A DNA stretch of 34,511 bases from an uncultured Clostridia bacterium (lineage in GTDB: Bacteria; Bacillota; Clostridia; Oscillospirales; CAG-272): the NCBI GenBank assembly GCA_944384555.1, contig CALWTV010000209.1:1-34511 (forward strand). The letters are read 5' to 3'. Below are positions 26,769-34,511 of this stretch, piece after piece. Each line of letters starts with the position of its first letter. The first letter of the stretch is position 1. The translations under genes and the position numbers were made by a program. A model generated the notes under the pieces. The model did not search any database. It was not told the origin of the DNA and was given only the letters and a program-made list of their open reading frames with translations.

Positions 26769-28076
26769 TCAATCTTTCACATTATATATATTCTCGTTAA
26801 ATTGATTAAATACATGTATCAAATATATAATAGACACTATTCCGATTAAAGAAGATATAATCCAAATTTCAGCGAAATTAACTACTGTAAATACATAAAC
26901 GATACCTACCGCAGCATTCAGCAAAATTAAACCTAAGCCTATATTTAATTTTGTAGTAAGATATTTAATAGTTTCTCGGTTATATGAACTAACGCGAACT
27001 CCTGCCCCAACACCTAAAATTTGGTCGGTATGCTTTGCCGCAAGAGATGCAAGAATTGAAAATACTATACCAAATGAAATTAAATAAAGAATGCTTTCAG
27101 CAGTGGATATAATTTTTATTATATTATAAAAGTCATCTGCTTCTGATACCCAATTTATTTCTGACATACTGTAATTCATATTGAATACAAGTGAAATAAC
27201 AAAATTTATTAACGATACAATACCATACACTGAAGATACAAAAACAGATATAATAAATTTATTAGTGTATTTTCTCATACATACTACTGCTGATATCAAA
27301 AATGATGCCGTAATTACATCCGATATTATATTTATTCCATCAACATATAAATCAAATGAAGCTATTGCCGCTATAATCATCAATGCCATTGCGGCTTTCA
27401 TGTTACGTTTTATAAATAATTTTTCATTAGGAACGATATTTTCATTATATTCACGTTCGAAATTGTCTATGTAAACTTTATCTTTACGAATTCCTGATAT
27501 ATATATTGAAGATTTTGCAAGCCATATTATACCATATATTCCACTTATAATCAATGCAACTACGAGAAATGCGGGTTTATATCTTGTAATGTCAATATCT
27601 ATTGCGCTTACACTTCCAAGATTATCATGCAATGATAACGAAGTAAGCTCAGGCAAAACAGCACATACCGCACGAATTATAAAAAAGATAAAACAGCCTG
27701 ATTTTACTTTGTCCGAATTTTTAAATACTCCCGTACCATTATATCTGGTTCCTGAATAAACAAAACCGTCAATTAAAAATCCAAAAGCAGGTATAAGATA
27801 CATCAGCTCAATTACTCCAAATGAAAACGTCAATACAAGAGTAAATGTATCATCAGTTACCGGCAGAAGTAAAATTGCCGCAAATTTCGCAATTCCGACA
27901 AGAGACAGTTTCCAAAAACGAGTTTTAGCTTCTTCAAGCTTGTCTATCAAAAAAGAAGCTTTAGAAAGTCCCCAGTAAATCAAGAGATACCCTATAAAAT
28001 CAGGCAAAATATCAACAATATTTATATTAGGATTAAACAAGAATACAAAAGCCGCTATTAAATATCCGAAACCCAT
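26769..28076 (-). CDS. Hypothetical polytopic membrane protein
   Basis: 435 aa with about 11-12 hydrophobic segments; GGGAGG RBS; N-terminal DILPDFIGYLLI motif. Confidence 0.75.
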   Translation of the reverse strand: MGFGYLIAAFVFLFNPNINIVDILPDFIGYLLIYWGLSKASFLIDKLEEAKTRFWKLSLVGIAKFAAILLLPVTDDTFTLVLTFSFGVIELMYLIPAFGFLIDGFVYSGTRYNGTGVFKNSDKVKSGCFIFFIIRAVCAVLPELTSLSLHDNLGSVSAIDIDITRYKPAFLVVALIISGIYGIIWLAKSSIYISGIRKDKVYIDNFEREYNENIVPNEKLFIKRNMKAAMALMIIAAIASFDLYVDGINIISDVITASFLISAVVCMRKYTNKFIISVFVSSVYGIVSLINFVISLVFNMNYSMSEINWVSEADDFYNIIKIISTAESILYLISFGIVFSILASLAAKHTDQILGVGAGVRVSSYNRETIKYLTTKLNIGLGLILLNAAVGIVYVFTVVNFAEIWIISSLIGIVSIIYLIHVFNQFNENIYNVKD

Positions 28077-28113
28077 TTAAATACCTCCCGAATTTAATAT
28101 TTCGAACATAAGA

Positions 28114-28848
28114 TTAATGCTTTTTTTTCTTTTTATTTTTGCTGTGATTATATTTATAAGCCCTTGTTTTTTTAGAATCATCACTATCATCGTCAATTTT
28201 ATTCTTATTTTTGCGTGTCACCGTTTCAAATTTATCGAGCTTTTGATTAATGCTATTCAAGAAAGGAATATTTACAGCAGGTGATTCCATATCCTCATCA
28301 CCCTCGGCACATATCCACATATAACATGAAAAAATTAATGCCGCATTTATAATTATCCATATAATTCCTATTAGCATTACTGGAAAACTGAAATATTTAG
28401 TTGCTTCAGAGACTGCCGGAATATCAAGCGAGAATATTATAACAAGCGCATAGTAAAAAAATGTAACTACTATACTCGTAACCGAACGGTCACGGATTTT
28501 TGAAACTCCAGTTTCAATTGCAATTTTGCGTATCGCAACAAAAAGCAAAAAGTGAAACGCAAGCACAACCCCGATTTTTATATACCCTGTTATATTATCA
28601 AATACAACAAGAAAATCAGGAAAAAGTTCAAAAATACTAATGGTAAATGACATTAGTTCCATAAATCCGACAGCAGCAAGCCCATACGCTCCATATAAGG
28701 AATATTTGAAGTGTTTACCATATGGTGCGAGTTTAGTGAGCGCATAAACAATCAGCAATGCGCTCGCTAAATCCGTAAAAACATATAACCTGGTCATCGT
28801 AAAGACAAAGCTTATGAGATAACCAATAAATAAAATTCCAAATCCCAT
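28114..28848 (-). CDS. Hypothetical membrane protein with Lys-rich C-terminal tail
   Basis: About 6 TM segments; starts 12 bp after the secA stop; ends KNKKKKKH. Confidence 0.75.
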   Translation of the reverse strand: MGFGILFIGYLISFVFTMTRLYVFTDLASALLIVYALTKLAPYGKHFKYSLYGAYGLAAVGFMELMSFTISIFELFPDFLVVFDNITGYIKIGVVLAFHFLLFVAIRKIAIETGVSKIRDRSVTSIVVTFFYYALVIIFSLDIPAVSEATKYFSFPVMLIGIIWIIINAALIFSCYMWICAEGDEDMESPAVNIPFLNSINQKLDKFETVTRKNKNKIDDDSDDSKKTRAYKYNHSKNKKKKKH

Positions 28849-28860
28849 TATAAAAACCGT

Positions 28861-31656
28861 TTACTGCTCATCGTCATCGCCTGCTTCACCAGCTCCGCAG
28901 CACTTTTTATACTTTTTGCCGCTTCCGCAGGGACAGGGGTCATTTCTGCCGACTTTTTTATCTGCTTTTATAGGACGAATTGCATTTGCAGGGGCTGACG
29001 GTCTGTTTGTCTGAACACGCATAGGAGCTCCTCCGCCGCCGGCAAATCCCTCATTTACAGGTTTTGCAACTTCTACTCGGTGCATAACCTGAGGTCTGGG
29101 CATTGCGGAAAGCAGCATTCTTACAGTATCGTCGCGAATCTGGAGTACCATATCGTCAAACAAATCAGCACCCTGAATACGGTATTCATTTATAGGATTA
29201 CGCTGAGCGTACGCCTGAAGTCCGATACTTTCCATGAGGTCGTCCATAGACTCAAGATGTGCCATCCATTTTTCATCAACATTTCTAAGCAGCACAATTC
29301 TTTCAAGTTCTCTCGCCTGTTCTTCGCCAAACAAAATTTCTTTATCGGCATAAAGTTTATTTGCACGTGTCAACAACAAGTCACGAACATCATCTTTACC
29401 GATTTTTTCTAATTCCTCGGGAGTATATCTGAAATCATTATCTCCGCAAAGCAAACCGCGGTATTTTTCTCTCAGACCCTCGAAATCCCAATCTTCTTTA
29501 TTTTCCGCTGCAAGGAAATTATTAACTGCGTCATTTATAGTATCTTCAATCATTGACTGCATTTTTTCTTTAAGGCTTCCGCCTTCAAGCACTTCCTGAC
29601 GCTGCTTGTATATGATTGTGCGCTGCTGATTCATTACATCGTCATACGCAAGGACATTCTTACGTCTGTTGAAGTTCTGGTCTTCAAGACGCTTCTGTGC
29701 CGATTCTATTGAGTTTGAAAGAATGCGCGCGTCAATAGGTTCATCTTCCTGAAGTCCGAGTCGGTCTACCATACCCATTATTCGTTCGCTTCCGAATAAT
29801 CTCATAAGGTCATCTTCCAAAGATAAGAAAAATCTTGATTCACCCGGGTCTCCCTGACGTCCTGAACGTCCTCTGAGCTGATTGTCTATACGACGGCTTT
29901 CATGACGCTCTGTACCTATAATAAATAAACCGCCTGCTTCACGTACCTTATCAGCTTCCGGAGCTATTTGTTCTTTATATTTATTATATAAATTCTTAAA
30001 TACCTCACGTGCCGCGAAAACTTCTTCACTCACAGATTGTGATGAACCGGTCGCAAGCATTACGATATCTTCCTCGTATCCGGCTTTTCTCATTTCCTGT
30101 TTTGCCAGAAATTCCGCGTTTCCTCCGAGCATAATATCCGTACCGCGTCCTGCCATATTGGTAGAAATCGTAACAGCTCCGTATTTACCCGCCTGAGCGA
30201 CTATTTCCGCTTCTTTTTCATGGTACTTAGCATTTAATACTGTATGCTTTATTCCGTTCATTTTAAGCTTCTTTGAAAGCTCCTCGGACTTTTCAATTGA
30301 TACAGTACCTACAAGTACAGGCTGACCTTTTTCATGGCACTTTTTAATCTGCTCTATGATAGCACGATCCTTACCGTTTTTAGTTTTATATACAACGTCC
30401 GGATGGTCTATACGAATCATCGGCTTATTGGTCGGCACTTCAACAACGTCAAGATTATAAATCTCGCGGAATTCATTTTCCTCAGAAAGCGCAGTACCAG
30501 TCATACCCGAAAGTTTTTTATACATTCTGAAATAATTCTGGAATGTTATAGTTGCGATTGTTTTGTTTTCTTTTTGAATATCTACACGTTCTTTTGCCTC
30601 AATAGCCTGATGCAAACCATCAGAATAGCGGCGTCCGGGCATAATTCTTCCCGTGAACGAGTCTACGATATATACTTGATTATCCTTTACCACGTAATCA
30701 ATATCAAGCTGCATAATTCCATGAGCTCGCAAAGCCTGATATATGTGATGTGAAATTTCAGCATTTTCGGGGTCGGATAAATTTTCAAGTGCGAAAAAGC
30801 TCTCGGCTTTTTTTATTCCACTCGCAGTAAGTGTAGTACTCCTTGCTTTTTCATCGACTATATAGTCCGCATCAATATCATCGTTCAGTTCTTTGTTATC
30901 AAGCTCTTTTATAACATATTTCCGCAAAGTACGAACGAATTTATCCGCTTTATCGTACAGTTCGTTTGATTCTTCACCTTCACCGGAAATTATAAGAGGT
31001 GTACGAGCTTCGTCAATTAAAATCGAGTCCACCTCGTCAACTATCGCAAAATTATGACCACGCTGTGACATAGCTTCTTTATAAATAACCATGTTGTCAC
31101 GCAGGTAGTCAAATCCAAATTCGTTGTTTGTTCCGTAAGTTATATCACTGCGGTAAGCCGCCTGTTTTTCTTTACGTGTCTGACCATGAACTACGAGTCC
31201 GGTTGTAAGCCCAAGAAATTCATGAATACGTCCCATTTCCTCGCAGTTTGTACGGGCAAGGTAATCGTTTACGGTAACTATATGGACGCCTTTTCCCTCA
31301 AGGGCGTTCAAGTATGCAGGAAGCACCGCTACAAGTGTTTTACCTTCACCTGTTTTCATTTCGGTTATGCGTCCCTGATGCAGTAAAATACCGCATATAA
31401 TCTGAACGCGGAATGGGCGTTTGCCGAGAACACGGTCTGCCGCTTCCCTTACAAGCGCGTATGCTTCAGGAAGAATATCGTCAAGAGTTTCAACTCCCTT
31501 TAATCTTTCCTTAAATTTATCTGTACACGCTCTCATTTCTTCATCGCTCATTTCAGCGTATTTAGGTGCAAGCGCCTCAATTTCGTCTACTGTCTTGATT
31601 ATTTTTTTTATTTCCCGCTCTGAATAAGTTCCGAACAGCTTTGTAATTAAGCTCAT
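28861..31656 (-). CDS. secA: Preprotein translocase ATPase SecA
   Basis: MKTGEGKT, VTVNDYLA, DEVDSILIDEARTPLIISG, TNMAGRGTDI, QLRGRSGRQGDPG, C-terminal GRNDPCPCGSGKKYKKCC. Confidence 0.99.
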   Translation of the reverse strand: MSLITKLFGTYSEREIKKIIKTVDEIEALAPKYAEMSDEEMRACTDKFKERLKGVETLDDILPEAYALVREAADRVLGKRPFRVQIICGILLHQGRITEMKTGEGKTLVAVLPAYLNALEGKGVHIVTVNDYLARTNCEEMGRIHEFLGLTTGLVVHGQTRKEKQAAYRSDITYGTNNEFGFDYLRDNMVIYKEAMSQRGHNFAIVDEVDSILIDEARTPLIISGEGEESNELYDKADKFVRTLRKYVIKELDNKELNDDIDADYIVDEKARSTTLTASGIKKAESFFALENLSDPENAEISHHIYQALRAHGIMQLDIDYVVKDNQVYIVDSFTGRIMPGRRYSDGLHQAIEAKERVDIQKENKTIATITFQNYFRMYKKLSGMTGTALSEENEFREIYNLDVVEVPTNKPMIRIDHPDVVYKTKNGKDRAIIEQIKKCHEKGQPVLVGTVSIEKSEELSKKLKMNGIKHTVLNAKYHEKEAEIVAQAGKYGAVTISTNMAGRGTDIMLGGNAEFLAKQEMRKAGYEEDIVMLATGSSQSVSEEVFAAREVFKNLYNKYKEQIAPEADKVREAGGLFIIGTERHESRRIDNQLRGRSGRQGDPGESRFFLSLEDDLMRLFGSERIMGMVDRLGLQEDEPIDARILSNSIESAQKRLEDQNFNRRKNVLAYDDVMNQQRTIIYKQRQEVLEGGSLKEKMQSMIEDTINDAVNNFLAAENKEDWDFEGLREKYRGLLCGDNDFRYTPEELEKIGKDDVRDLLLTRANKLYADKEILFGEEQARELERIVLLRNVDEKWMAHLESMDDLMESIGLQAYAQRNPINEYRIQGADLFDDMVLQIRDDTVRMLLSAMPRPQVMHRVEVAKPVNEGFAGGGGAPMRVQTNRPSAPANAIRPIKADKKVGRNDPCPCGSGKKYKKCCGAGEAGDDDEQ

Positions 31657-31902
31657 TGATTACTCTTATCATCTACCTGACGTATTTGGAAGCTTAAAAA
31701 TATAACCAAATCCGGCAAATAGATACACCTTTCGTAATTTTATATTTAACCGTTTTATTATACAATATTCAGTGTGAATTTACCACCCGAAAATGTAAAT
31801 ATTTTTTATATTATTATAATAAATTATTAAACTGTAATGTGTATTTGACAAAAAATGAATCGAATTTTATTTAATAATGATTTTATAATTTATAAATATG
31901 CG

Positions 31903-31931
31903 TTGAATTTTATTTAATATAGAGTTATAAT
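31903..31931 (+). promoter_or_regulatory. Putative sigma-A promoter for trmL
   Basis: TTGAAT-17 bp-TATAAT. Confidence 0.55.
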
Positions 31932-31965
31932 AATCAGTATTAAAAAATTATAGGAGTATTACATA

Positions 31966-32466
31966 ATGTCAAAAATAAATATTGTGCTTCATGAACCCGA
32001 AATACCTCAGAATACCGGTAATATAGCTAGAACCTGCGCTGCAACAGGAGCTTCTCTTCATTTAATTGAACCGCTCGGCTTTGAAATAGATGATCGAAAG
32101 CTAAAGCGTGCCGGACTTGACTATTGGCACAATCTTGATATAACTTATTATAAAAATCTTGATGATTTTTTTGAAAAGAACCCAAATGCCGATTTTTACT
32201 GCTATACCACAAAAGCACCGAGAAAGTATACAGAAATATCATACCCCGAAAGCGTATTTTTATTTTTCGGAAAAGAAACCGCCGGATTGCCTGAATCATT
32301 TCTTGAAAAAAATCTGGAACGTTGCGTAAGACTTCCTATGAGAGAGGGACTCCGCAGCTTAAACTTATCAAACAGTGTCGCTATTGCGGTTTATGAAGTA
32401 TTGCGTCAGCGAGATTTTGATGGTCTGCTTGAATACGGCAAATTTGGCGGTGCAGTTCAAATATAG
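31966..32466 (+). CDS. trmL: tRNA (cytidine/uridine34-2'-O)-methyltransferase (SPOUT)
   Basis: EPEIPQNTGNIARTC, LIEPLGF, KRAGLDYW, FGKETAGLP, RSLNLSN. Confidence 0.96.
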   Translation: MSKINIVLHEPEIPQNTGNIARTCAATGASLHLIEPLGFEIDDRKLKRAGLDYWHNLDITYYKNLDDFFEKNPNADFYCYTTKAPRKYTEISYPESVFLFFGKETAGLPESFLEKNLERCVRLPMREGLRSLNLSNSVAIAVYEVLRQRDFDGLLEYGKFGGAVQI

Positions 32467-32475
32467 ATAAAAATA

Positions 32476-34098
32476 TCACATTAAAGGCGCAAATGCGACT
32501 ATAACGGCACGTATCATTTTTTTGAACCAATTAATTTTAGATAAATATTCCATTGTAATCAATTCGCATTTTTCAAGCGTCTTTAAATAATCATTTTTCA
32601 TATCCTGAATACAGTTTGTATTATACATCCATACGCCGCATTCAAAATGAAGGAATAAACTGCGGTAATCAAGATTTACGCTTCCTACCGTAGCATATTT
32701 GTCATCGCAGACAAATGTTTTCGCGTGGTCAAATCCAGGAGTGTACTCATATATTTTCACTCCGCTTTTTACTAATACTTCATAACATGACTGGGTAGCG
32801 GCATGAACAAACAGCTTGTCTGGTATATGAGGTGTAGTAATCCTTACATCTACCCCGCTTTTTGCCGCTGTACAAAGCGCGTTTGTCATCTCATAGTCAA
32901 TTATCAGATACGGAGTATTTATATATACATATTTTTTTGCACGCGATATCATGTTTATATATATAGTTTCACCAACAGCTTCATTATCAAGCGGATTATC
33001 AGCATATGGCTGAACAAATCCTACTCTTGACGCTGCATCGCTGTCATTTTGAGCGGAAACTTCAAGTTCCGAAGGTCTGTAATGGTCATATGTGGTTTCC
33101 GGTGTATCTGAAGGATTCAAATAATCCCACATCGTAAGAAACATAACCGTAAAGCTCCATGCTGCCTCACCTTTCAACATAACCGCCGTGTCTTTCCAGT
33201 GCCCATGTTTTACAATGGCGTTTATGTATTCATCAGCAAGATTTATTCCTCCAGTAAATGCTACTGCCCCGTCAATTACAGCAATTTTACGGTGGTCACG
33301 GTTATTTTGATGTGCGGAAAGCACTGGAACAAACGGATTAAATACTTGACATTTGATTCCAAGAGATTGAAGCTTATTTTTATAATTATATGGCAGAAGC
33401 ATAATAGTACCCATATCATCATAAATTACACGAACATCTACACCTTCTCTTACTTTTTTCGCCAAAATATCAAGAATTGAATCCCACATTACTCCTGATT
33501 CGATTATAAAATACTCAAGAAAAATATATCTTTTTGCCTTTTTCAGTTCCTCTTTAAACGGTTCAAACATATAATCTCCCAAAGGAAAATATTGTACAGA
33601 GGTATTTTTATATGGAGGACAAAATGCGGAGTGTGTAATGTAGTTCGATTGGGCAAGAGCGTCAAGATCTTCTGATTTATTTAATTCCTCTAAATTTGAA
33701 GTATCTTTTTCTAAAACAGACTTCATTAAATTAGAAATCTGAGACATTTTTCGCTTAGTGCGATTGCTTAATCTGTTTCCACCGAAAATAAAATATATGG
33801 TGACACCGAAAATTGGTAAAAATAATATAGGTATCATCCATGCAATTTTATAGCTTGGGTTCTCATGCTTATTAATAAGTGAAATTATAAGTACAAGTCC
33901 AATAATATTACTTGCCGCATAAAAATATACAAAATACTCGTTAAATTTTATTACCATCATAAATATTAAAAGAATTTGAACGAGTATCATCAATGCGACT
34001 ATTACAACTCTATGAACCATAAATTTCAACATTCGCTTAATTAAGCCTAATAGTCTCCAGCGTTTTTTTATTTGTTTATAAGAGTTATCCTTTTTCAT
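32476..34098 (-). CDS. cls: Cardiolipin synthase
   Basis: N-terminal TM helices with the AW...I..LP..G...Y..FG pattern; two HKD motifs (HRKIAVID, HAKTFVCD), GGINLADEY, GSVNLDYRS. Confidence 0.95.
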   Translation of the reverse strand: MKKDNSYKQIKKRWRLLGLIKRMLKFMVHRVVIVALMILVQILLIFMMVIKFNEYFVYFYAASNIIGLVLIISLINKHENPSYKIAWMIPILFLPIFGVTIYFIFGGNRLSNRTKRKMSQISNLMKSVLEKDTSNLEELNKSEDLDALAQSNYITHSAFCPPYKNTSVQYFPLGDYMFEPFKEELKKAKRYIFLEYFIIESGVMWDSILDILAKKVREGVDVRVIYDDMGTIMLLPYNYKNKLQSLGIKCQVFNPFVPVLSAHQNNRDHRKIAVIDGAVAFTGGINLADEYINAIVKHGHWKDTAVMLKGEAAWSFTVMFLTMWDYLNPSDTPETTYDHYRPSELEVSAQNDSDAASRVGFVQPYADNPLDNEAVGETIYINMISRAKKYVYINTPYLIIDYEMTNALCTAAKSGVDVRITTPHIPDKLFVHAATQSCYEVLVKSGVKIYEYTPGFDHAKTFVCDDKYATVGSVNLDYRSLFLHFECGVWMYNTNCIQDMKNDYLKTLEKCELITMEYLSKINWFKKMIRAVIVAFAPLM

Positions 34099-34510
34099 GC
34101 TTTTTTAACCTCCTTTTTGCATACGTATATATTATGGATAAGCCAATCGAAAAAGTATACACAAATAAAAATTTTATTACAAATTGATCGAGAATTCCCA
34201 TATATTTTATTGGATTCATTATTCTATCAATTATGCCTATAAATAGACAATGAATCAAGTATATATAAAATGTTGAGTCATTAAGCAAACTAAAAAATTT
34301 TCCATAAATAAAACGCCAAAAGACTTTTTCAATTATTGCCGATATTACAAATATCGCGGGAATTGCAAAAAAACAATATATAATCTGAATATTTTCAGCA
34401 TAATTCAAATATGTGCTATTAATCCGGCATAAGTAATTCGGGACTGAATATAAAACTGCTGACACAATTCCTATAAAAATCAAAATATATCGGTGTTTCA
34501 ACGCGAAATA
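34085..34510 (-). CDS. Acyltransferase-3 family membrane protein (C-terminal part, truncated by window edge)
   Basis: Frame stays open to the window end; multiple TM segments; STFYIYLIH motif typical of the Acyl_transf_3 C-terminus. Confidence 0.65.
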   Translation of the reverse strand, partial: YFALKHRYILIFIGIVSAVLYSVPNYLCRINSTYLNYAENIQIIYCFFAIPAIFVISAIIEKVFWRFIYGKFFSLLNDSTFYIYLIHCLFIGIIDRIMNPIKYMGILDQFVIKFLFVYTFSIGLSIIYTYAKRRLKKHEKG

Positions 34511-34511
34511 T

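Noticed and set aside
31669-31728. 19-codon GTG-initiated uORF upstream of secA (MYLFAGFGYIFKLPNTSGR), with GFGY resembling the downstream membrane proteins
   Set aside because: No SD upstream, no signal or TM segment of sufficient length, and no recognisable arrest motif; the four-residue similarity is likely chance.
625-33480. Many 60-150 aa ORFs overlapping or antisense to the main genes (e.g. 3822-4196, 7587-8048, 18457-18894, 23321-23548, 30334-30753)
   Set aside because: Shadow frames with no motifs or RBS support, lying within well-supported genes or promoter regions.

Overview
AT-rich chromosomal segment, most likely from a clostridial Bacillota genome (inferred from the T-box, perfect sigma-A promoters and GAAAGG/ACGGAG Shine-Dalgarno motifs). 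Contents in order: 5'-truncated polA; a nadA-nadC-nadB-DUF362/ferredoxin-ispE-Eis-like GNAT cluster; a Gfo/Idh/MocA oxidoreductase with a TIM-barrel sugar isomerase; a GNAT-HAD fusion with an iron-sulfur flavoprotein; a degenerate flavodoxin; a stand-alone sulfotransferase; a MarR-linked heterodimeric ABC exporter; an XpaC-like membrane protein; a second TIM-barrel isomerase; a BlaI-family regulator followed by a CoiA-like nuclease-fold gene; a degenerate ROK regulator; a T-box-controlled sodium:solute symporter; secA followed by two related membrane proteins; trmL; cls; and a partial acyltransferase-3. I saw no mobile element, CRISPR array, rRNA or tRNA. The most unusual signals are in RNA structure. 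(1) The T-box has an apparent Tyr (UAC) specifier and a ~66-nt extra hairpin in Stem I, in front of an SSS/PutP-like symporter. (2) Three genes (nadC, nadB, secA) have their best Shine-Dalgarno motif separated from the start codon by a stem-loop. All pairings were read by eye and are not computationally verified.
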